DNA of 37,685 nt from a candidate division WOR-3 bacterium (GTDB lineage: Bacteria > Hydrothermota > Tepidihabitantia > Tepidihabitantales > Tepidihabitantaceae), in NCBI GenBank assembly GCA_965648935.1, contig CBFGIY010000016.1:1-37685 (forward strand), given 5' to 3'. Below are positions 1 to 7,902 of the stretch, one piece after another; position 1 is the stretch's first letter; the number at the start of each line of letters is the position of its first letter. Below the pieces are notes generated by a model. That model was not told the origin of the DNA. It saw only the letters and a program-made list of their open reading frames with translations, and made no database searches. The position numbers and the translations under genes were made by a program.

Positions 1-475
1 CCAGCACGGCCCGCGGGTCTTCCCAGTCGAACCCGACCCGGCGGCACCGCTCCTGGATAAGCTCGGCCTGTTGCAGGGCGGGCAGCGCGACCGGGATGCC
101 GTCAAGCAATGCGCGCCGACGCTTCTCGCGACGCTTGATACCCTCCCAGTTGGCCAGCACTTCGCCTGAGTCTCTAGCCTGCGCGGTGCCATAGACGTGC
201 GGATGTCGAACCTTGAGCTTCGCCACGATGCCGTCGAGGACGGACCGGAGCCTGATGCCCCGCTCTCTTTCCAGCACATCGGCCAGAAAGAGACCCATGA
301 AGAGGTAATCCCCCAGCTCCTCAGCTATGTCGGTGTCATCGCCCCGGCGTAGCGCGTCCTCCAGCTCGTGCGTTTCGTTGAGCAGCAGCGGCCGCGTGCT
401 AGCGACTGTCTGTTCACGGTCCCAGGGACAGCGCCGCCTGAGCGTGCGCACGGTTTCCATAAGTTCTTCGAACAT
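1..475 (-). CDS. mazG: Nucleoside triphosphate pyrophosphohydrolase MazG (3' end runs off the window)
   Basis: Manual translation from ATG at 475: MFEELMETVRTLRRRCPWDREQTVASTRPLLLNETHELEDA...ELGDYLF...HPHVYG. CPWDxxQT, ELGD and HPHV are MazG motifs. Absent from the ORF track because it is truncated. Confidence 0.93.
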   Translation of the reverse strand, partial: MFEELMETVRTLRRRCPWDREQTVASTRPLLLNETHELEDALRRGDDTDIAEELGDYLFMGLFLADVLERERGIRLRSVLDGIVAKLKVRHPHVYGTAQARDSGEVLANWEGIKRREKRRRALLDGIPVALPALQQAELIQERCRRVGFDWEDPRAVL

Positions 476-480
476 ACGCC

Positions 481-509
481 AGTCTAGCAGCGATGCCGCG
501 CGCGCGCAA
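481..509 (-). promoter_or_regulatory. Putative sigma70 promoter of mazG (leaderless)
   Basis: TTGCGC-N17-TAGACT, then 5 nt to ATG; no SD. Confidence 0.55.
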
Positions 510-519
510 GTCAGCCCCG

Positions 520-583
520 GAGTTGACTTGGTGGCGCGGGCCGATAGCCTTACACTCGCCGGCCGCCCATAGTTCCAAGGAGG
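520..583 (+). promoter_or_regulatory. glyA promoter region and RBS
   Basis: TTGACT (523-528) with TAGCCT (545-550) or TACACT (551-556); SD AGGAGG at 578-583. Confidence 0.55.
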
Positions 584-590
584 ATACTCG

Positions 591-1859
591 ATGAAGCCCG
601 ACATACTTAAGTCTGTCGACCCCGAAGTGTTCGACGCTGTCGTCAAGGAGACCAACCGGCAGCACCTGCACCTTGAGCTGATCGCCTCTGAGAACTTCTG
701 TTCCGAGGCGGTTCTGGCCGCTCTCGGCTCGGTGCTGACAAACAAGTACGCCGAAGGCTACCCGGGCAAACGCTACTACGGCGGCTGCAAGTGGGTCGAC
801 GTCGGCGAGAACCTCGCCATTGACCGGGCAAAGCGGCTCTTCGGCTGCGACCACGCCAATGTCCAGCCCCACTCCGGAACCTCGGCCAACCTCGCCGCAT
901 ACCTGACCCTAGCGAAACCCGGCGACACGATTCTCGGGCTCTCCCTCAGTCACGGCGGCCACCTCTCACACGGCCATCCGCTGAATTTCACCGGCCGCTA
1001 CTTCAGAGTTGTCCAGTACACCGTCGACCCAAAGACCGAGACTCTGGACTACGCCGCCATCCGAGCTCTCGCGCTCGAACATCGGCCCCGGGTCATCGTT
1101 TCGGGCGCGTCAGCCTATTCGCGCACGATAGACTTCGCAAAGTTTCAGGAAATCGCTGACGAGGTTGGCGCGGCCCAGCTGGCCGACATCGCCCACATCG
1201 CCGGCCTGGTCGCGGCCGGACTTCACCCCTCGCCGGTGCCGCACGCCGACATCGTAACCACGACCACCCACAAGACCCTGCGCGGCCCGCGCGGCGCTAT
1301 CATCATGGGCAAAGCGAAGTACGCCGAGGACATCGACAAGACAGTCTTTCCCGGAACGCAGGGTGGACCGCTCGAGCACTGCATCGCAGCCAAAGCGGTC
1401 GCGTTCAAGGAAGCGCTATCCGACGACTTCAAGGCCTACCAGCGTCAGGTGCTGGCCAATGCAGCGGCTCTGGCCGATGCACTCGCCGCGCTGGGATTCC
1501 GTCTCGTCTCGGGCGGCACCGACAACCATCTGATGACCGTGGACCTGCGTGCCAAGAAGGTCACCGGCCGCGACGCCGAGCGCGTGCTCGGCAAGGTGCG
1601 CATCACGGTCAACCGCAACACGATCCCCTTTGACCCGGAGAAACCGTTCATCGCCTCAGGAATCAGGCTCGGCACGCCGGCACTGACCACGCGCGGCATG
1701 AAAGAGCCAGAGATGAAGAAGATCGCCGAACTCATCGACCGCGCCGTCACCTCGGGAGGCGACGAAACGAAACTGGAAACGGTCAAAGCCGATGTCGCAG
1801 AACTGGCCCGTGCATTTCCGCTCTACGCCGAGCGCCGCGCGGCGTACGCAGCGCTGTAA
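591..1859 (+). CDS. glyA: Serine hydroxymethyltransferase
   Basis: [22 protein letters not shown] and the PLP-lysine motif [12 protein letters not shown]. Confidence 0.98.
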   Translation: MKPDILKSVDPEVFDAVVKETNRQHLHLELIASENFCSEAVLAALGSVLTNKYAEGYPGKRYYGGCKWVDVGENLAIDRAKRLFGCDHANVQPHSGTSANLAAYLTLAKPGDTILGLSLSHGGHLSHGHPLNFTGRYFRVVQYTVDPKTETLDYAAIRALALEHRPRVIVSGASAYSRTIDFAKFQEIADEVGAAQLADIAHIAGLVAAGLHPSPVPHADIVTTTTHKTLRGPRGAIIMGKAKYAEDIDKTVFPGTQGGPLEHCIAAKAVAFKEALSDDFKAYQRQVLANAAALADALAALGFRLVSGGTDNHLMTVDLRAKKVTGRDAERVLGKVRITVNRNTIPFDPEKPFIASGIRLGTPALTTRGMKEPEMKKIAELIDRAVTSGGDETKLETVKADVAELARAFPLYAERRAAYAAL

Positions 1860-1871
1860 GGAGGACTCACG

Positions 1872-3158
1872 ATGGCTCAGCCGACCATAGCCACGATCGA
1901 GGCCCGCGAGATTCTCGACTCGCGCGGCAACCCGACTCTCGAAGTCGACTGCATACTCTCCGACGGTACGATGGGCCGCGCTTCGGTGCCGTCGGGCGCG
2001 TCCAAGGGTGATTCCGAGGCGCTTGAGCTGCGCGACGGCGACCCGAAACGCTACCTCGGCAAGGGCGTGCTTAAGGCCGCGGGTCACGTCAACACCATCA
2101 TCCGCGAGAGGCTAGTCGGGATGGTCGCGACCAACCAGTACCGTATCGACAAGACATTGCAGGAGCTGGATCCGAGTCCGCGGAAGGAGAGAATCGGCGC
2201 TAACGCCACGCTCGGCGCATCACTGGCCTGCTGCCGGGCCTCGTCGATAACCGCCGGCATCTGCATCTATCGTTTCCTCGGCGGCGTCGGCACCAAGACC
2301 CTGCCCGTCCCTCTCCTGAACATCATCAATGGCGGCGCGCACGCCTCCAACAACCTTGACGTGCAGGAGTTCATGGTCGTGCCGGCCGGGTTCGCCACCT
2401 TCCGCGAGGCGCTGCGCGCTGCGACCGAAACCTACCAGCACCTGCGCCTGCTGCTCAAAGACCGCAATCTGCCGACCACGGTCGGCGACGAGGGCGGGTT
2501 CGCGCCCGACTTCCCAGACAACGAAGCACCGCTCGGACTGGTGATCGAGGCTATTGAGAAGGCCGGATACAAGCCGGGCGAGCAGGTCTTCATCGCACTC
2601 GACGTCGCGGCGAACGGATTCTTCAGCAAGGAAACCGGCCGCTACACGTTCACCGTGCCCGAGCGCCGCGAGCTGACAGCCTCTGAGCTCGTCGACCTTT
2701 ACTCCGAATGGATCGACCGCTATCCGATAGTCACCATCGAGGATGGCCTCGCCGAAACCGACTGGGACGGATGGACGATGATGACCCGGCGGCTGGGAAA
2801 GCGTATCCAACTGATCGGCGACGACATCTTCGTCACGCAAAGCGACCGTCTGCGTCGAGGCATCGAAGCGGGTGTGGCCAACTCTATTCTCATCAAGCCC
2901 AACCAGGTGGGTACGGTTAGCGAGACGCTGGACTGCGTAAAGGTCGCGACCGACCACGGATACCGCACTCTGATATCGCACCGCTCCGGGGATACCGTCG
3001 ATCACTTCATCGCCGACCTCGCGGTTGCGGTCAACTCCGGCCAGATGAAGTCGGGTGCCCCATGCCGGGCCGAGCGAGTCGCCAAGTACAACCGGCTGAT
3101 CCGCATCGAGGAAGACGACGTGCTGGAGTTTGCCGGCATGAGTTGCGTGCGGCGATGA
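1872..3158 (+). CDS. eno: Enolase
   Basis: REILDSRGNPT, VPSGAS, GDEGGFAP, ILIKPNQVGT, SHRSG, RxERVAKYN; SD GGAGG. Confidence 0.98.
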   Translation: MAQPTIATIEAREILDSRGNPTLEVDCILSDGTMGRASVPSGASKGDSEALELRDGDPKRYLGKGVLKAAGHVNTIIRERLVGMVATNQYRIDKTLQELDPSPRKERIGANATLGASLACCRASSITAGICIYRFLGGVGTKTLPVPLLNIINGGAHASNNLDVQEFMVVPAGFATFREALRAATETYQHLRLLLKDRNLPTTVGDEGGFAPDFPDNEAPLGLVIEAIEKAGYKPGEQVFIALDVAANGFFSKETGRYTFTVPERRELTASELVDLYSEWIDRYPIVTIEDGLAETDWDGWTMMTRRLGKRIQLIGDDIFVTQSDRLRRGIEAGVANSILIKPNQVGTVSETLDCVKVATDHGYRTLISHRSGDTVDHFIADLAVAVNSGQMKSGAPCRAERVAKYNRLIRIEEDDVLEFAGMSCVRR

Positions 3159-3445
3159 GCGACCGCCCGCCGCTCGGGTTGCGACCAGCGATACGCCTCG
3201 CGTTCACGGTTGGCGGATTCGCGGTGCTGGCCGCGGTGTTTCTTATCGGTCCAAGCGGCCTGCCGAGCGTCTGGTCCCGCAGCCGCCGCTCCCGCCGCCT
3301 GGAACGTGAGATTGCTCGGGTCCACGAAACCATCCAGGACCGATCGGCGGTGCGGGCGAGGCTGGCCGACCCGGAGACTGCTGGCCTTCTCGCCCGACGC
3401 ATCTTCGGTTCGGACTCTCTCAGGGATTCTGCACCGGACCGCTAG
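3155..3445 (+). CDS. ftsB: Septum formation initiator FtsB/DivIC-like protein
   Basis: ATG at 3155 overlaps the eno stop (ATGA). One TM helix, a GPSG turn, a coiled coil and a DPE...ARR tail. eno-ftsB adjacency is common in bacteria. Confidence 0.7.
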   Translation: MSDRPPLGLRPAIRLAFTVGGFAVLAAVFLIGPSGLPSVWSRSRRSRRLEREIARVHETIQDRSAVRARLADPETAGLLARRIFGSDSLRDSAPDR

Positions 3446-4221
3446 AGAGGTGGCGCCGGGTAGAGCACTTGGGGCCGTCCGGCCTGCGGGTGCGTGACTA
3501 CCAGCGCGGCCGTCCCATAGACTTGCGCAAGCAAGCCCGGCTTGATGACCTCGGCGGGTATACCGTCGGCCACCACCCGCCCTCGGTCCAGCATCACCAG
3601 CCGCCCACACCACAGCGCCGCGGTGTTGAGATCGTGCAGCGAGACGACCACTGCGCGGCCCGACCGGTTCAGCTCACTCAGCGTCGCCATCACCAGTTCG
3701 GCATGGGCAATATCAAGGTGCGAAGTGACTTCATCCAGCAACAGGGAGTCCGGTTCCTGTACCAGAGCCCGGGCAACAAGCGCACGCTGGCGCTCGCCTG
3801 ATGAAACGCGGTTGATGCCCTGCCTAGCCAGTCCGGCTACGCCCAGCCGCGCCATCACCGACAAGGCCATCTCCCGGTCAGTCGTACTGGGCCGCTCGAA
3901 CGTGCCGAGGTGCGCGTGTCGGCCCATCAACACGACGTCAAGCACGGTGTAGTCGAACGCGAAGTGGCTCTCCTGCAGTACGAGCCCGACCCGCCGGGCA
4001 AACTCACCGCGCGAGAGCGAGACGGCCGCCCGCCCGTCGACCCTGACGCTTCCCTGTTCAGGGACGACAAGGCCGGCGAACAGACGCAGAAGCGTTGACT
4101 TGCCTGCGCCGTTCGGCCCGATCAGGCCGACAAACTCGCCCGGGCTGATTTCGAGATCCAGCTTCTCGAACAGCTTTGACCCGCCGTACCCGAAAGTAAC
4201 GCCTTTGAGTTTGAAGCTCAC
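3442..4221 (-). CDS. ABC transporter ATP-binding protein (FepC/BtuD-like, iron-chelate/cobalamin)
   Basis: Walker A GPNGAGKST, signature SSGERQR, LLLDE, HDLN. Confidence 0.92.
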   Translation of the reverse strand: MSFKLKGVTFGYGGSKLFEKLDLEISPGEFVGLIGPNGAGKSTLLRLFAGLVVPEQGSVRVDGRAAVSLSRGEFARRVGLVLQESHFAFDYTVLDVVLMGRHAHLGTFERPSTTDREMALSVMARLGVAGLARQGINRVSSGERQRALVARALVQEPDSLLLDEVTSHLDIAHAELVMATLSELNRSGRAVVVSLHDLNTAALWCGRLVMLDRGRVVADGIPAEVIKPGLLAQVYGTAALVVTHPQAGRPQVLYPAPPL

Positions 4222-5159
4222 TTCAGGCTCCGCCTGAGCAACCAGACGAAGAAGGGCACGCCAATCAGCGCGGTCACAACTGACAGGGGCAGGCCGCCGC
4301 GAACGATGTTGCGAGCAGCCACATCGGAAAGAAGCAGCAGTGCGGCTCCGGCCCCGGCCGATGCAGCCATGACCCGGCCGTGGCCCGGGCCGAAAAGCAG
4401 CCGCACGAGATGGGGAACGACCAGCCCGACGAAACTCACCGCGCCGGTGAACGAGACAACGATGCCGACCATCGCGGAGGTGATCACAAAAGTTTCAACC
4501 GTGAGCCGTCCTGTGTCCACGCCCAGTGACCGGGCCGAGTCCTCGTCCAGCGAGGCGACATCGAAACTTCGGGCGCGTGAGAGCAGCCACGCGCCACAGA
4601 CTACCACGGCCCCGGCTCCCGAGACGAAGACCCACAGAACAGGCCGCGTGAATACCACGCCGAGGTGACCCATCATCACGTACACAGCCTCGCCGATAGT
4701 GCGCCGCCCGAGTATGACGGCAAGCATCGTCAGACTGGACAAAAGGAAGCTGGCGACTACCCCAGCCAGTATCAGGCCCGTCGTCGTGACACGACCGTGC
4801 ACACGCGCCAGCAAATACACCATGAGCACGGTCGCGGCCGCGCCGGCAAAACCCCCGATGGGGGCGAGCGGCGCGAACCCGCGGCCGAGAGAAAACGCCA
4901 CTGTCGAGCCGAAAGCCGCGCCGCTGGCCACGCCCAGCGTGAACGGATCGACCAGGGGATTGCGGAGCACACCCTGCAGGGTAGCGCCGGCAAGGCCGAG
5001 AGCGGCCCCGGCAAGTAAGCCGAGTGCGATGCGCAGCAGGCGCAACTCCGACAGGGCGTTGCTGGTCCCGCCCGGCCCGACCAGCGCGGCCAGCGCCAGC
5101 GCGACGATGAGTCCAGACAGCACCAGCATCCAGCCGACGAGCGGCTTGTCGCGAAACAT
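4218..5159 (-). CDS. FecCD/BtuC-family ABC permease
   Basis: Multi-TM protein with LRNPLVDPFTLGV, ARSLGVD, FVGLVVPHLVR, ALIGVPFF. Confidence 0.92.
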   Translation of the reverse strand: MFRDKPLVGWMLVLSGLIVALALAALVGPGGTSNALSELRLLRIALGLLAGAALGLAGATLQGVLRNPLVDPFTLGVASGAAFGSTVAFSLGRGFAPLAPIGGFAGAAATVLMVYLLARVHGRVTTTGLILAGVVASFLLSSLTMLAVILGRRTIGEAVYVMMGHLGVVFTRPVLWVFVSGAGAVVVCGAWLLSRARSFDVASLDEDSARSLGVDTGRLTVETFVITSAMVGIVVSFTGAVSFVGLVVPHLVRLLFGPGHGRVMAASAGAGAALLLLSDVAARNIVRGGLPLSVVTALIGVPFFVWLLRRSLK

Positions 5160-5201
5160 CAGGCAGAGTTCGCCATCAGCGAAGGACAGGGCATTGCTCG
5201 A

Positions 5202-6029
5202 TCAGCGGCTGGCAGCCGGTGTCGTCCGCAGCAGGTTCGCAAGCACGCGCACACCATCGACGACGCGCGGTCCGGGACGAAAGAACAGATCCTCGTCCAA
5301 CCCGTCATACACTCGGCCGGTGCGTACCGCGCTGATTCTGTCCCAGCCGACTCTGGCGCTCACATCAGCCGCGGTTGAGGCCGGGTACATCACGAGAATC
5401 ACCTCGGGGTCAAGGCCTTCGAGCCGTTCCGGGTCAACAATCGGGTATTCCTGAAGCGCATCGGCGAACACGTTACGCCCCCCGGCGCGGCGCACGACGT
5501 CGTTGATGAACGTCGCCCCACCCACGGTCATCAGCGGGGCTGACGATATCTCGATATAGACTCGCGGCGAGTCGCTAGCCGGTTCAACAGCGGCCAGGTC
5601 GCGGCGCATCGTCCTGGCCAGCGACTCGGCCGCCGAACGGTATCCGAGCAGTGCGCCCACCGACTCGACCTCGGCGAATACCGCTTCGAGACTGGCCGGT
5701 CGCGACGCGTACCAGCGTATGCCCAGCTCGGACAGCCGCTCGGCCAGGGCAGCATGCGCCGGCAGCGCGAGAAACACCAGGCGCGGTTTCACCGCCAGTA
5801 TCCGTTCGATGTCTGGGTTGACGAAATCTCCGACCTTGTAGACTCGTCGCGCAGCCTCGGGCCAGTCACACTCCGTTGTGTTGCCGCCAAGCTGGTTTGC
5901 GGCCCCGAGGGCGAAGACAATCTCGGTGACGCTCGGCACAAGCGACACGAGGTTCCGTCCGGCGCGTCCGACCGGCTGCGCGGCGCACCCGATCAGGACT
6001 ATCAGCGCCAGCCCAGCTCGGCTACTCAT
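5202..6029 (-). CDS. BtuF-like helical-backbone substrate-binding lipoprotein (cobalamin/iron chelate)
   Basis: Start reassigned to ATG 6029 (MSSRAGLALIVLIGC, lipobox); SLVPSVTEIVFALG, ERILAVKP, RPGPRV. Confidence 0.85.
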   Translation of the reverse strand: MSSRAGLALIVLIGCAAQPVGRAGRNLVSLVPSVTEIVFALGAANQLGGNTTECDWPEAARRVYKVGDFVNPDIERILAVKPRLVFLALPAHAALAERLSELGIRWYASRPASLEAVFAEVESVGALLGYRSAAESLARTMRRDLAAVEPASDSPRVYIEISSAPLMTVGGATFINDVVRRAGGRNVFADALQEYPIVDPERLEGLDPEVILVMYPASTAADVSARVGWDRISAVRTGRVYDGLDEDLFFRPGPRVVDGVRVLANLLRTTPAASR

Positions 6030-6867
6030 TGCGCAGGTCCTGCGGCTCGTGTTGCGACTCGCAGTCCAGGACCGGGTTCGCGGCCTCGCTGGGCGACCCG
6101 GGTTCGTTGGTCTTGTGAGCGGTGACAACGTACACCGTGTGTGCGACCATTCGGTCGGCGGGCCTTATCCCCGTATCTCGCAACAGGATCGGCCGCTCGA
6201 GAGTTTCGCGGCAACGAACCCGGGCGAAACCCTGCATCTGCAACGCCGAGACCAGCCGGCGCAGCTGTTCAAAGGTCGGGATGATTGCGGCCATTGCGTT
6301 GCCACCGCGCAAGGCGCGCCACGCCGGCGCGACCAGAGTCCACGGTTCAGGCACGTCCAGTATCACAGCGTCCACGTCCTTCTGCGCGAAGCCCTCCTGC
6401 TCCGGGTCGCGCACGAAGAACTCGCAGAAATCCTCCAACCCATACCGCCGCACGTTCTGGCGGGCGTTCGCACTGAACTCGGGCCTGCGCTCGTAGGTGA
6501 AGACCCGGCCCGCAGGCCGCACTGAGTTCGCCAGCAGCGTGGTCAACGCGCCCGAACCCGAACCGCACTCGATCACGCGTGCGCCAGGGTGGATGTCAAG
6601 CTCTAGCAGCATCAGCCCCGCATCCTTCGGGTAAACGACGGTTGTCAGACGCTTCACCCGCATCGCTAGGTCAGCGGTTACCGGCCGCAGCAACGCGAAT
6701 CTGAACCCGAGATGGGTTTGCACCCAGTCGCCGTATTCGCAGCCGGCGACTCGGGAATGCTCAATCTGGCCGCGGTGGGTGGAGAACACCCCTTTCGCCT
6801 CGACGCGTATCATGTAGTTCATCCGCTCCGAGTGAAACAGAAGCACGTAGTCGCCAACGCTGATCAC
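6022..6867 (-). CDS. trmI: tRNA (adenine-N1)-methyltransferase TrmI/GCD14 family
   Basis: VYPKDAG, ECGSGSGALT, YERR, ILDVPEPW, RPADRMVAHT. Confidence 0.92.
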   Translation of the reverse strand: MISVGDYVLLFHSERMNYMIRVEAKGVFSTHRGQIEHSRVAGCEYGDWVQTHLGFRFALLRPVTADLAMRVKRLTTVVYPKDAGLMLLELDIHPGARVIECGSGSGALTTLLANSVRPAGRVFTYERRPEFSANARQNVRRYGLEDFCEFFVRDPEQEGFAQKDVDAVILDVPEPWTLVAPAWRALRGGNAMAAIIPTFEQLRRLVSALQMQGFARVRCRETLERPILLRDTGIRPADRMVAHTVYVVTAHKTNEPGSPSEAANPVLDCESQHEPQDLRNE

Positions 6868-6873
6868 GACGCC

Positions 6874-6901
6874 ATTCTAGGTCGCCCGCGTCATCAGTCA
6901 A
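6874..6901 (-). promoter_or_regulatory. Sigma70-like promoter of the trmI-btuFCD operon (leaderless)
   Basis: TTGACT-N16-TAGAAT, 6 nt to GTG at 6867. Confidence 0.75.
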
Positions 6902-7032
6902 ACGACGGAACACCGGCTGGACGCGGGACTTCTCTCGAGACCGGACGGCTGCGTTGCGCTGCTCCAGCACGCTGATGTATTCACAGAGCGCACGCGCGCC
7001 TGCTTTGCTCCGGCCTGCGTTGCCCGATCGCC

Positions 7033-7292
7033 GAACTCGATCAGGCCTGTCTTGCACCCTGAGCAGTCTTGCTGTCGTCCATTCTGATGGCGATTTACCC
7101 CCTCTGTTCCCCGGCAACCTTGCGTCCTCATTCGCCGAACACAGGAGACCAGAATCCACATCGCTCTTGTAGAGCAGTCATCTCAGAAATGCGACCGGCT
7201 CCGTAGCCCGCATAACTGCGATTGCTGTTCAGGAGTGTATCTCCAAAGCCCCCTATCCATCCGGACCCTCTGGACAGATGCTGATCGAGTTC
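7033..7292 (+). other. Intergenic element with 12-bp perfect terminal inverted repeat and nested stems (candidate structured RNA or MITE)
   Basis: GAACTCGATCAG (7033-7044) / CTGATCGAGTTC (7281-7292); further stems 7053-7067/7224-7239 and 7074-7091/7177-7195. Confidence 0.4.
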
Positions 7293-7391
7293 TCAGTCCG
7301 CCGTCAGGACGGGCTTCGACTATGCTCCTCGCGCTGCCCTTGTTCGCCCCAGACTTCGGCTGGTCGCAGACCGTATCCATCTCACAACGCG

Positions 7392-7419
7392 CCGGGCGGT
7401 CGCCGTCGCGGCCGCCCGG
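7392..7419 (-). terminator. GC-rich hairpin 3' of the 7438-7902 gene (possible terminator, no U tract)
   Basis: CCGGGCGGTCGC-cgtc-GCGGCCGCCCGG, about 20 nt past the stop codon. Confidence 0.45.
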
Positions 7420-7437
7420 GGAAATCGGAACCTGCGA

Positions 7438-7902
7438 CTACTTGTTCTTGACGAACAGTATCGAAAGGGAAGTCTTGCCGTCGTCGGTACCGACCGTGAT
7501 CGTGGCGAACTGCTTCTCGTCGGCCGAACCGTAGATGAGCACAGTGGCCTCGTCGCCTTCCATCGTCGAACGGCTCTTCCAGCTTTCCAGCGCCTTCTTG
7601 TAGAAAGCGACCACTGTCGGACGCGGGTCAGTAGTCTCGAAAACATAGCTGGTACCCTCGCCCTCATCGGTGGTCATCGTCCAGCTTGCCTTTGCTTTGG
7701 CTCCGGGATAGCGCAGGAACTCGGGCAGGCCCGAGATGTCGATTGACGAACCGGTGTCGAGATCGAGCTTGCCGCCGGTGGCGCCCTCAACTGCCTTCTC
7801 GACAGCCCTCTGGGCGATCTTCTCGCCACAGCCCTTGCAGCCGGTCTCGGTCGTCGCGACAAACACGAACAACAGGGCGGTCAGGATCGTTGCAGCGTTC
7901 AC
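7438..7902 (-). CDS. Hypothetical exported protein/lipoprotein
   Basis: SD AGGAGG before GTG; hydrophobic N-terminus followed by GCKGC; own promoter upstream. Confidence 0.8.
   Translation of the reverse strand: MNAATILTALLFVFVATTETGCKGCGEKIAQRAVEKAVEGATGGKLDLDTGSSIDISGLPEFLRYPGAKAKASWTMTTDEGEGTSYVFETTDPRPTVVAFYKKALESWKSRSTMEGDEATVLIYGSADEKQFATITVGTDDGKTSLSILFVKNK

Noticed and set aside
7254..7380. Repeated TATCCAT 120 nt apart, hinting at period 12 in this gap
   Set aside because: Splitting the region into 12-mers gave no consistent phased base, unlike 22250-22441
6902..7437. Cobalamin riboswitch upstream of the Btu-like operon, or a protein-coding gene in this gap
   Set aside because: No B12-box consensus recognised on the minus strand; the operon promoter lies downstream of this region; the short ORFs lack SDs and motifs
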